Source of the DNA: Plasmodiophora brassicae
Taxonomy: Eukaryota
DNA: 64,000 nucleotides
NCBI GenBank assembly: GCA_036867785.1
Contig: CP145409.1
Location: forward strand, 1,736,001 to 1,800,000
Direction of reading: 5' to 3'
The position numbers were made by a program, and so were the translations under genes. This document shows positions 47,161 through 57,469 of this stretch, in pieces. A model generated the notes under the pieces. It was not told the DNA's origin, did no database searches, and saw nothing but the letters and a program-made list of their open reading frames with translations. The stretch's first letter is position 1; every line of letters begins with the position of its first letter.

Positions 47161-48361
47161 TGCAGGTGGCGCCAGCATGTCGTCGATGGCATTCGGAGGC
47201 CTTCGAGCGTTCTCACGAGCTAGCATATGCTGTGCGCCCCCGTTCAGTACCATGTGTACCAGCCGGACCTTGTTCTCAGCGCCGAGTGCCTCTTCTGCGT
47301 CCATTTCGGCAGGGAAGAGAAGGTTGGCGCCAAACGCAAAGCGAGGAAACATGCCAAGTATTTCCGGTTTCCATTCCGCGCTGATAATAATTACACGCGA
47401 CATCATAGAGGCCAGCGTCCGGCGAACTGGCAACGCTATGAGCCGCTCAGTGTCGACCAGAAGAAGGCATTCTTCAGTGGCGTGCGACCTGTGCGAGCGA
47501 CACTGCACCAATATGTACTTTGGAGCGAGTCAGGTTGCGCGGGTATAAGTGACCAGGAAGAGCATCATTGATGTCATCATCGACGGTATGCTGTGGGATC
47601 CCGAGAACCTCGAAGGCGATACGCGTGCCCGGATGATGAGTTCGTTGTCTACCTCCGAGGAGACAGACGGTCCCAGCAACTACGAAATCGAAATAAGGTC
47701 AGGCGTGGTGAATTTCAAGATAACATCGCAATACTGAATCAAATTCAGGAACCCTGCTCAATTCGACCTTGCCGTAGACCATCTCTCTGTGAACTGCTCG
47801 TGCCGGCAGACGGCGTTCCTGCTTACCCGCATAAACCATGGTGTGACGCTGGCCATAGATTCCCACGAGAGATGGTCTACGGCAAGGTCGAATTGAGCAG
47901 GGTTCCTGAATTTGATTCAGTATTGCGATGTTATCTTGAAATTCACCACGCCTGACCTTATTTCGATTTCGTAGTTGCTGGGACCGTCTGTCTCCTCAGA
48001 GGTAGACAACGAACTCATCCATCCGGGCACGCGTATCGCCTTCGAGGTTCTCGGGATCCCACAGCATACCGCCGATGATGACATCAATGATGCTCTTCCT
48101 GGTCACGTATACCCGCGCAGCCTGACTCGCTCCACAGTATTGGTGCAGTGTCGCTCGCACAGGTCGCACGCCACTGAAGAATGCCTTCTTCTGGTCGACA
48201 CTGAGCGGCTCATAGCGTTGCCAGTTCGCCGGATGCTGGCCTCTATGATGTCGCGTGTAATTATCAGCGCGGAATGGAAACCGGAAATGCTTGACATGTT
48301 TCCTCGCTTTGCGTTTGGCGCCAACCTTCTCTTCCCCGACGACATGCTGGCGCCACCTGCA
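47161..48361. mobile_element. Decayed DNA-transposon (hAT-like) 5' fragment present as two inverted copies
   Basis: Remnant ORF CLFCVHFGREEKVGAKRK...YFRFPFRADN.YTRHH...W..Y..LS...KKAFF resembles the N-terminal zinc-finger region of hAT-like transposases; it is frameshifted; 47312-47787 is the reverse complement of 47867-48336. Confidence 0.65.
47312..48336. repeat. Long inverted repeat: arms about 470 bp (47312-47787 / 47867-48336), 79-nt spacer, plus outer 25-bp arms 47161-47185 / 48337-48361
   Basis: Direct reading: ...gccgtagaccatctctc [loop] gagagatggtctacggc..., with near-identity along the arms apart from scattered substitutions and small indels. Confidence 0.95.
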
Positions 48362-48658
48362 ACTGCACAATGCGGGGTCGCATTGCGGACCGACCGCGAC
48401 CTTCCGTACGGACACTACCGTGCAAAATCCGTAAATAAAGAGGCCTGTGCATCAGGGGACTTACGCCCACCTGAAATCGCGGCTGAGATTCTGCATCATA
48501 ACTCATGACAGATCACCAGCGCTACGCACGCGGTGCACCGACCGTTGTACGCGTCCAGACACAGCACCAATGTGCAATGTGTTTGGAAACACTCTTCCAG
48601 GACATAAAATGCCTAACCTATCGTCGTGCAGTCCGTGGCGGAGTCCGCAGCAGCGGAG

Positions 48659-49559
48659 ATGGATCTCAGCGGCACCGTGGTCATCCCGGGCCAGGTCATC
48701 CCACCCGTCGACGATGCGAAAATCATTCCAGGCGCTGGCGTTGTTCAGTCAGACGGTATGCCCGGACGCTGCAATATTGAACGTGTGCACTTTAACGGAT
48801 GCGCTCAGAACGTACGCTGATTGCTACGGTGGCGGGAACGCTGTCGCTGTTGGCCTCCAAGGCGAAGACGCCAAATGTGACCATGGTTTCAAGTCAGATC
48901 GCTATTTGTTTCACTAACGTGTTTATGCAGGGACAGAAAGTGATGACGGCTTCCGTTGAAACGAACCAGAAACGGTATACACCGGCCGTGCATGATCAGG
49001 TTCGAGCTACGCGCACTGCCAACGAATTTGCACTAACGGCATACAGGTTCTCGGCGTGATCACATCGAAGCACGGCGAGCATTACCGGGTTGATATTGGA
49101 GCGAGTCGTGAGGCCCACCTTCCTGTTCTGTCGTTCCAGGGCGCAACGAAGCGCAATCGGCCGAACTTGTCTGTCGGCACACTGGTCTATGGGCAGGTCT
49201 GCTCAGCGAACGCCGACATGAAACCAGAGCTCACGTGCATATCGTCGCACTTCAAGAAAGAGTGGATGACGGGCGAGTCGCTATTCGGCGAGCTGAAAGG
49301 CGGGTACATGTTCTCGTGTTCCACCCAGCTCGTCCGCGACCTTCTCGACGAACGATGCGTTGTTCTCGGTGCCCTGGGCGCGTCGGTCCCGTTCGAGGTT
49401 GCGGTCGGCGCGAACGGCCGCGTCTGGGTGCGCGCGGACACGCCCGTGCACACGATCCTGGCGTCGAACTGTATCGCCAACTCGGAGCACCTGTCGGACG
49501 ACATGACCAAGGTCATGGTTCGTGAGCTCCTGGCGCTGACGGACTCCAGATCACATTAA
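48659..49559 (+). CDS. RRP40: Exosome complex component RRP40 (3 introns)
   Basis: KRYTPAVHDQV.GVI...YRVDIG...LSFQGATKRNRPNLSVGTLVY...FGELKGG...FEVAVGANGRVWV. Confidence 0.93.
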
Positions 49560-49706
49560 AGCGTCAACCATGTCTGAACCGTACTGCCGCTTGGCAGCCT
49601 AAAGCCATGGGCACATGCCGATTATAGAGTCGCGTGTGTGACTGGTGAGGGAGAGACCTTCCGACGGGGCGTCGAGCGGCTGCGTTGATCGGCGAGGGCG
49701 TCGCCG

Positions 49707-51554
49707 ATGGGCAACGTTCAGGGTGGGCCGCAGGACGCCATCGGCGCCTCCGTTGACATCCATGGGCGGCGCATGAAAATCGAGAGGCAACTTGGCGAAG
49801 GTCGGCCCCGCCGTTCCGGTCGCCGGCGCCGGCCATGCTGACGGTGATGGACAGGCGGGTTCGCGTACGTCTTCAAGGTCGTCGAGGAGTCGTCCGGCAA
49901 CGCGTACGCGTTGAAGCGAATCCTGGCCGCTGACTCGGAAACGAATGACATTGCCGAACAGGAGATCAAGGTCATGGTACGTGAAGCGCTCCATGCCAGC
50001 AACGATATCGGCAGGTTCAACGACAGTCGTGTCTTCCAGAAACAGTGCACGTCGAAGAATATCATTGGGTACAAAGGGCATACGAAGATCACGAGGCCGA
50101 AACGTGACGGGCACCGTTCGCCGGTGGAGTACTTCCTGCTGATGGAGTTCTGCCCGGGCGGGACGATGACGTCGTATCTGGACAGTCGGCACGGGCAGCC
50201 GTTCCCTGAACAGCAGGTCCTTTGCATGGCCCTGGACATCTGCGAGGGCGTCCGGGCGTTGCACAGTCAGCCGCAGCCGATCTGCCATCGCGACCTCAAG
50301 CTCGACAACGTCCTGCTGGCGAGCGACAAGACGTGGAAGCTGTGCGATTTCGGCAGCAGCACGACGCGGATCAAGGCGTATGGGACGAAGGAGGAGATCA
50401 CGCTCGAGGAGGAGACCATACAGAAGTATACGACACCGTCGTACCGAGCACCAGGTTGGTCCGTCATCGCCTATACGTCCAGACGTCCTGAACGTTCGCT
50501 AGAGATGGCGAACCTCTGGCAAAGGAAGGTGGTTGGGCCGAAGGCGGACATCTGGGTCTGTTGTTCGGCAGCGTCCATGCAAAGGAATCGGGCTGAGTGT
50601 CGACCGACAGGCGCTCGGATGCATCATCTATGCGATCGCCTTCCTGAGGCACCCGTTCCAGGGCGCGACAACGCTGACGATCCCGAAATCGAGCACGTTC
50701 TCGTCCGGGTTCCACAGTCTGCTGCGAGACATTTTCACGGAAGAGTAAGCGCAGGCGTTGCTGGTTGCAAACAACATTTGTATTGAGGGAGCGGTGATAG
50801 CCCTGAGAAGAGGCCTGATATCGACGAGGTCATCGACGAGATCAAGTGCCTGCAGAGAGGCGGCAAACCGAGCCGGTCGAAAGCGGGAACGAAGGCGACG
50901 AAGAAAGCGGTGGCGGAATCGTTGCCAGCGAAGTCGAAATCGAAGAAGAAACCTGTCGTTATCGACCCTCCGTCAGGAGCGGAATCCAGTGAGGAATTCG
51001 AATCATCGCCATCGTCGTCTTCAGCGTCCTCGTCGGAAAAGGACAGCGATGATGATGAAAGTGAGACGACGACGGCCAGCAGCAGCCCATCACCGCCTCC
51101 GAGGCGGAAGTCGAAGAAGAAACAACCGATATCGACACAGAAAGGCAAACCGAAAGGGCCGAGACCGGGTCCGGCGACCCCGTTCGCTGGGCCTTTCCAT
51201 GCGGCCTGGGACGCCTTCGCCGCATCTGACGAAAAGCCAACTGCAGCAAGTCGTCCCGCCCCACAACCGGACCTACTGAGTTTGTTCGCAGCCCCACCGC
51301 CTCAAGCGCCCAGCGTCGGGTACAATTTCGGTGCCCAGTTGGCGAACCCCGCACCAATGATGATGATGCCTGCCAGCAACCAGTTCGTCGCTGGCCAACA
51401 GCAACCGTTGCCGTCCCAGTTCGGCGGCGCACCTGCCCCACCCGCCCAACAACCGTTCATGGCGTTCGACCCGTTCGCTGCCGGGCCGGCGTCGATGCCG
51501 AGGAAGGCACCTCCGAATAACAGTGCCACCGACAGTAGCTGGGTGCAGTTCTAA
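49707..51554 (+). CDS. NAK-family (AAK1/Ark1-like) Ser/Thr kinase
   Basis: MGN start; LGEGGFAYV, YALKR, LLMEFC, PICHRDLKLDNVL, KLCDFGS, IQKYTTPSYRAPEM, KADIWALG; low-complexity tail with WDAF, DLL, DPF and terminal WVQF. Confidence 0.9.
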
Positions 51555-51706
51555 AAACTAAATGCGGCACTAACTAAGCGGATGCCGCCCCACTGGCGCA
51601 ACTTTGCGAACGAATGCAGCACGCGCCCGCTGCGCCTCTGTCAGTGTATTCCTGGTACGACGCCACTGCCAAGTTCGGACTGTTCGGTGCGCACAGGGTT
51701 TGCGTG

Positions 51707-52462
51707 ATGGATTTCCTCCGCCAACGCCGTCAGCCTTGGAAGCAGGTCGCGTTCCGAACGCATTACGGGCGGTATCTGTGCGCCGAGGACAACGGGACGT
51801 ATGTGGCGGACCGCAGCGTCGCCGGCCCATGGGAGTACTTCCAGGTGGTCGATGTTGATGGGGATGACGTCGTCGCGCTGCGGAACCGCCACGGGTTGTT
51901 TGTGGGTGTCGGGCGAAATGGGCGACTGACATCGTTCGAGGACGCGGGTGTGGACGCGCAGTGGTGGCTCGAGGACGCGTATCAACACCCGGGGATGCAT
52001 ACGCTGCGGAGCCGTCGGACGAGTAAATTCCTGTGCACAGCGTCGGCCAACGAGGCGCCGGTTGTCGATCGAGATGCGGTGGGAGAGTGGGAGCGGCTCC
52101 GACTGGAAGTTGTTCCAATTACAGTACGGACGCAGGACGACAAGTCGATCTGGCCCTGGGAGAAGTACGAACTCGTGGAGCTGACGCCCGGCGCCGGTAC
52201 TGATGGTGGTATTGTCGCGTTCAAGACCGAGGGTGCACGGTACTTGGGGACCGACTCCAACGGCAAGATCGATTCCATGAGCACGATCGTTGGCCTGGAC
52301 CAGGAATGGATCATGCGACCCGGGCCCATCGAACCGTTGTATACATTCCAGAACGAGCGAACGAAGAAGTTCTTGTCGTTACCTAGCCGACATGACGTCC
52401 TGATCGCCAATCGTGATGCACCATCCGTTACTGAAACGTTCACAGTACAGCCAGCCGTTTAG
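51707..52462 (+). CDS. Fascin-like beta-trefoil repeat protein
   Basis: Repeats VAFRTHYGRYLCAE...ADRSVAGPWEYF, VALRNRHGLFV, VAFKTEGARYL, ANRDAPSVTETF. Confidence 0.75.
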   Translation: MDFLRQRRQPWKQVAFRTHYGRYLCAEDNGTYVADRSVAGPWEYFQVVDVDGDDVVALRNRHGLFVGVGRNGRLTSFEDAGVDAQWWLEDAYQHPGMHTLRSRRTSKFLCTASANEAPVVDRDAVGEWERLRLEVVPITVRTQDDKSIWPWEKYELVELTPGAGTDGGIVAFKTEGARYLGTDSNGKIDSMSTIVGLDQEWIMRPGPIEPLYTFQNERTKKFLSLPSRHDVLIANRDAPSVTETFTVQPAV

Positions 52463-52587
52463 GATGTTTATTCATGGTATATTAGTATTGTACCGTATCG
52501 AAACGATAATTAAGGAAAACTGAGGTGCTGAGAACATAGGTGTCACGAATACACACAAAACGAGCTTGTCCCAAAATAAGAAGGTAG

Positions 52588-52658
52588 TGCATCGTCCGCG
52601 AATCGAACGCGGGACGTCTCGTTGGAAGCGAGACATTTTACCACTAAACTAACGATGC
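52588..52658 (-). tRNA. tRNA-Gly (TCC)
   Basis: Reverse complement GCATCGT...TAGTGGTAAA..TCTCG CT TCC AA CGAGA..GTTCGATTC..ACGATGC A folds as a cloverleaf. Confidence 0.95.
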
Positions 52659-52937
52659 AACCACATGGCAGCTGCTATGAAAACATCATGTACCGTAGAC
52701 CATGTATTATTCATTTGTCGGCCGGAACGATATTGGCTGCTGTTTACAGTACACAAACAAAGGTGACATGTCACATGCGTCTGCCAGGACGCGCGAAGAG
52801 CCTATCGACTTTGGTTTTGTGCCGTACGACTTTCTTTTTGTCGGGAGCATAGACGACGATTACTTGTATAGTGTGATTGGAATTGCAATTGGATCGATCC
52901 AGGTGACCCGTACTGGCGATCCGAGCACCTCGCCAGC

Positions 52938-54599
52938 ATGGCAGCTATCGTCCCTGTGGGTATCGACGACAAACGTCGTCGGAGGCCGTGCTGCCAGCCA
53001 TCGTGCCGCAGGAAAGAACGCTCGGCCAGCGTCATAATCACCAGGAACCTTGAGCGCGATAGGCAACGCGAGGCTCGCGTCCCTCGCGTTTTATTCTTAG
53101 GATGCGGCGAAAGCGGCAAAGTACGTACCCGAGTGACGTTGTTCGGGATGATCCTGACGGTTTGTTTCGGCTAGTCGACGCTCTGCAAGCAGTTGAGGTT
53201 TCTGCATGGCGTACCATACCCGACGGGGGAGCTGGTTCAGTGCCGGGCCATGATCCACCAAATGGCGATTAACGATGTGTATCGCCTGGTCCTGGCGGCG
53301 TCGTCGGCCAGCGTTCGGGAGCGCCTGGGTGCGGGACTGGTGTTCCCACACAACGTCCAGAAAGCCATGTACAAGGTGCAGCAGTGGTCCATGGATGGGA
53401 TGCCCGAACGGCTCACCGACGATGTGGTCGCGTGTATCTACGCGATCTGGATGGATCCGGGCATCCGAAGGGTACTGCTTCGAATTAGGCTTCCGAAGAG
53501 AGCGGGGTTGAACCGTGAACAACAGGTCTATGATCACCGGGAACTGTTTCACATGTCGGAAAACGTCCAGCACTTCTTTGATAAGATCGCGACGATCGCT
53601 CTGCCTTCGTGGTTACCGAGCGAGATGGACATCCTGATCAGCAGGGTGAAGACGACCGGCATTCACGATGAGGTCATTGTCACGGAAGGCACCAGTTCAG
53701 TGTCCCTCGCCAAGTCGTACGAACGCCACTGAGGCTTACCATGAATGACAGTGATCCGGATTATCGACGTTGGCGGGCAACGCAGCGAGAGAAGGAAATG
53801 GCTGAACGCCTTATCCGACGTCCATGTCGTCATGTTTGTCGTCGCTGGATCCGGTATAAGTAGCAATGAATCGGTACGATGACCCATGCTGAACTCTGCC
53901 ATCCAGATTACGACTTGAAATGCGTGGAGGTTGGGGGTGATCTAGCGGCCACCATTCCACTGCGGTTCTGATGATGTGCCATTGTAGGACAACACGACTA
54001 ACAGGGCCCTGGAATCACTGGACGTATTCAAACAGGTTCGCGGGTGAACTGGGCCATGTCGGCCACTCTCTCCCTCTCCCTTAAACTCAGACGGGTATCG
54101 TTGCCCAGGTCTGCAAAGCGCCGTCACTTCGAGAAGCAGGGTGCGTACCCGGCCGGCTTTCGTCGCGTCTCAGACTCCACTTACGGTTTGATATATAGGC
54201 TGGTGGTTCTGTTCAACAAGACGGGTACGTCGTCGCGTGAGACAAACGCTCGCTCGGTATGGAAGCTCCCGTTGCAGACCTATTCAAGAAGAAGCTGAAG
54301 GGCGTGCCGTTCGGGGAGCATATGGCGGGTTACCGAGGCGATGGGTCGTTCGCGTCCGCGTCGCAGTACTACCGCGATCTATACCAGACCGCGTTCGACT
54401 CCGTTTGCGCCGAGCTCCACATCAAATCTCGACCGTTGAAGTACGACAGGGGACGATGCGGACACGTCGTGCGCGCTGAAACTATGACAGGTTCTACGAC
54501 ACGACGGCAATCGATAAGGATAATATCAAGCTGGTGTTCCATAGCGCTAAATCGTACATCCTGCAGCAGCTCCTGAGAGGCGTCCAGCTGCTTAAATAG
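52938..54599 (+). CDS. Heterotrimeric G-protein alpha subunit (about 9 introns)
   Basis: Spliced product has G1 LGCGESGKST, G2 RVKTTG, G3 DVGGQRSERRKW, G4 LFNKTD, G5 TTAID; ends ...GVQLLK*. Confidence 0.93.
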
Positions 54600-54682
54600 C
54601 CATATAATCGACTAAGGATTGATATCAGTCATCGGGATCGGTTCCTGGGAATATCTTGGTGGTGTCCTGTCGGAGGGCAACG

Positions 54683-56491
54683 ATGTCGGGCGGCGCTCTG
54701 GTGGCCCCCAGCAGGCAGGATAGCTCGGTGATGCAGATCCCGGCGGATTTGCACATGCTTAGCGCCGAAGCGATCTGCGACGCGTTCCTCGATAGCGAGG
54801 ACGTCTACGTCCAGCAGTGCCTACGGAACCTGGTGGATCATTTCGAGAGCCGTCTGCGGCACCATAACGAGGAGAACGCGCCCATCCTGACCGACGCCGA
54901 GATCGAAAACATATTCCTGAACGTCGGCAACATCTACCTCGTCAACAGGCGCCTGCATTCGGAACTGCTGAAGGCCAGGCTCAACGGGCGCCTCACGGAG
55001 CAATGCGGCCGGATCATGACGTCGATGATCCCGTACTTCAAGCTCTACGCCACCTATATCAACCGCCAGAAAGGCGCCATGCAACTAATGCAGTCGCTAC
55101 GAAAGCGCAAGGGCAAGTTCAACGAGTTCTGTGCGATCAGCGAGCGATGCGCCGGGCACCGCGTCGCCAAGCTGATGGAAGGGCCGATCTTTCGCCTACC
55201 GCAGTACCTCGTGTTCCTCGCTGCCTTGTACCAGAAACTCGATCCGGACGAAAACACGAGTCGCGAAGTGAAGAACGCGATCTTCGCCATCCAGCAGGTC
55301 ACCGACCACATCTCGGCGAACCTTCAGGACGACGCCCAGCGGAAGCTGGTTGTCAGGTTCCAGGAGAAAGTGTTCCGCGGTACTGTGGACCTCGTCAGCC
55401 CCTCGCGACTGGTGCTGAAGTACGGCGAGCTGGAGAAGTCGTTCCATAAGAAGTCGCGCCTGCACAAATCGAAGAAGTACCTGTTCGTCCTGTTCAATGA
55501 CATGCTGTTGTACGCGACGATCCGGACGCCGATCCAGCCGAGTCGCGTCAAACACGTCCTGCACCTGGCGGGCATGGCCGTTGCCGACATCCCAGAACGG
55601 GACAACAACCCGATCCACAACGCCTTCTACGTGAAGGCGTCAACGAAACCGGTGACACTGCAGGCGGCGACGTACGAAGAGAAGGTGGAGTGGATGGCGG
55701 CCATCAATAGCGCCATCGACAACTTCAACGTCATCCAGGCGGAACTATCAGGGCAACCTGTCCCCGCTGACGGCGTCGAATTCGAGAAGATGATCTTCAA
55801 GAAGAAGTTTAGGACCGTCATACAGCAGAGCACGAAACATCGGGAGCGAAGAGCGCAGAGCGTCATCGAACGCGAACCGTCCAAATCGCTGAGCGTTCGG
55901 CAGATGCCTGACCTTACGATGCCTCGTACTGCAAGAGCGCGATCACCAGGACCAGTGAAATCGCCAACCCCGGTGAAGTCGCCGACACCGGTACCTGATT
56001 CGCCGGAACCTTCCCGTGCAGAACAGGAACCTGCCTCCCCGGAGGCTGTACCGATTGCACCACCCGATGTTGGCATGCAGCAAGACATCTCTGAGGACGA
56101 CGATGACGATGAGGGACAAGGCGACGATATGGGCTCCCCGCCTGTGTATATACCAGAGGCGCCACCAGTCCCTGCAGTTGTCATTCCAGCGAATGACGGT
56201 TCTTCGGTCATGATGCGAAGGAATTCAGCGCCAAGCCCGTTGAGCCGGAGCCGAAGGCAGGCCAGTAACAACGTGGCGCAGCCGGAGAGGCCGGACGCGA
56301 ACGACCAGCTGCTGAAAGAAATTCAGGCCGGAAAGGCGCTGAGGAAGGTCGAGCACGTGGAACGGCGACCACCGACTCAGTCAAGATTCGAGACCGACCT
56401 TCATGCACAGCTACAGAAGTCCCTTGACCGATATCGAAAATTCGTCCAGAACGAGGACGACAGCGAAATCGAGTCTAGCGCCTGGGAGTAA
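54683..56491 (+). CDS. DH-PH RhoGEF with proline-rich region and C-terminal WH2-central-acidic (WCA/VCA) tail, intronless
   Basis: DH (FLDSEDVYV, IENIFLNV, PYFKLYATYI, PIFRLPQY); PH (YLFVLFNDMLLY...KVEWMAAI); tail LLKEIQAGKALRKV...LHAQLQKSLDRYR...EDDSEIESSAWE*. Confidence 0.88.
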   Translation: MSGGALVAPSRQDSSVMQIPADLHMLSAEAICDAFLDSEDVYVQQCLRNLVDHFESRLRHHNEENAPILTDAEIENIFLNVGNIYLVNRRLHSELLKARLNGRLTEQCGRIMTSMIPYFKLYATYINRQKGAMQLMQSLRKRKGKFNEFCAISERCAGHRVAKLMEGPIFRLPQYLVFLAALYQKLDPDENTSREVKNAIFAIQQVTDHISANLQDDAQRKLVVRFQEKVFRGTVDLVSPSRLVLKYGELEKSFHKKSRLHKSKKYLFVLFNDMLLYATIRTPIQPSRVKHVLHLAGMAVADIPERDNNPIHNAFYVKASTKPVTLQAATYEEKVEWMAAINSAIDNFNVIQAELSGQPVPADGVEFEKMIFKKKFRTVIQQSTKHRERRAQSVIEREPSKSLSVRQMPDLTMPRTARARSPGPVKSPTPVKSPTPVPDSPEPSRAEQEPASPEAVPIAPPDVGMQQDISEDDDDDEGQGDDMGSPPVYIPEAPPVPAVVIPANDGSSVMMRRNSAPSPLSRSRRQASNNVAQPERPDANDQLLKEIQAGKALRKVEHVERRPPTQSRFETDLHAQLQKSLDRYRKFVQNEDDSEIESSAWE

Positions 56492-56916
56492 TCATAAGTC
56501 AGTATACTACGGCTAATTAATCGGTATTCTCCTGGCAGGATCGCCATGCCAACCAGTGAACCTTCTAGGCCGGCCTCTGGAACAGCTGGGCGCGGTAGAA
56601 TCGGGCGGCCCAAGACTGTTGAAGCGTTGCGCACCACCGTTTCTAGACGGGGACTTATTTCATTCGCACGTGACCTGTTTGGTCCACAGCCTTCCATATC
56701 CGCTGCTGTCCGTTTTAAAGGACCCCCCTTGCCCGTATAATCTTCTGAGAATGTTCGGCAAGTCCATAGCAAACTAGAGTGTCTAGCACTGCAAGCTCGT
56801 AATAGCTGTTCATTCTGCGGCGGGCCCGTGTCCGCGATCTGGAATGTTCATGTTTCCCCTGCATCGTTGGTGATTCAGATCTTGTCCACCACCAGTCCAC
56901 CACAACGTCTGTTCTC

Positions 56917-56970
56917 ATGTTGAACATCGTCCATATGTTGAACATCGCCTATATGTTGAACATCGTCAAT
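56917..56970 (+). repeat. 18-bp tandem repeat x3 (ATGTTGAACATCGYCNAT)
   Basis: atgttgaacatcgtccat / atgttgaacatcgcctat / atgttgaacatcgtcaat. Confidence 0.9.
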
Positions 56971-57469
56971 ATCTTCGACATGAAATATTGGCCACCAATG
57001 GATGCGGCCACACTTGGCCGTCGTATTGTGGCGAGCTCGATCGTATCCGTCTACTCTGCGTCTCTGCGCCGTTGGTCGTGACGGAATTCGCGACAACGCT
57101 TGTCTTCAACGGCATGGCTGACAACCATACTTCGTCGGTCTCGTACGTGGCACGAGTCGCCTGCAACCTGCTGCTACTTAGTCTGTGCACGTGCCATCAA
57201 CGATGCCCTCATCAATCGTGGGCACTGATCACGGATTGGGACCTGCTGAGAACCGACGGCACAAGAAGACCTGCCTATTACGCTGTCAGGACGATCAGAT
57301 CGCGCTTGCCCGCCAAGGTGTCACTCTGCGCTCGGCTCTGCTGCACAGCAACCGTCAGCGATGGCACTGGCCGCAACGGCCGGCATCAACGTCACGGTCG
57401 GCATCGTCAATTACGCGCCACCCAGCAACACCAGACGGCAAATGCAGCGCTCGAAAAGTTGTGTTGCCC

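Noticed and set aside
47975-48508. 177-aa ORF with a near-identical partner at 47158-47511
   Set aside because: These are antisense readings of the inverted transposase fragment, not a gene pair
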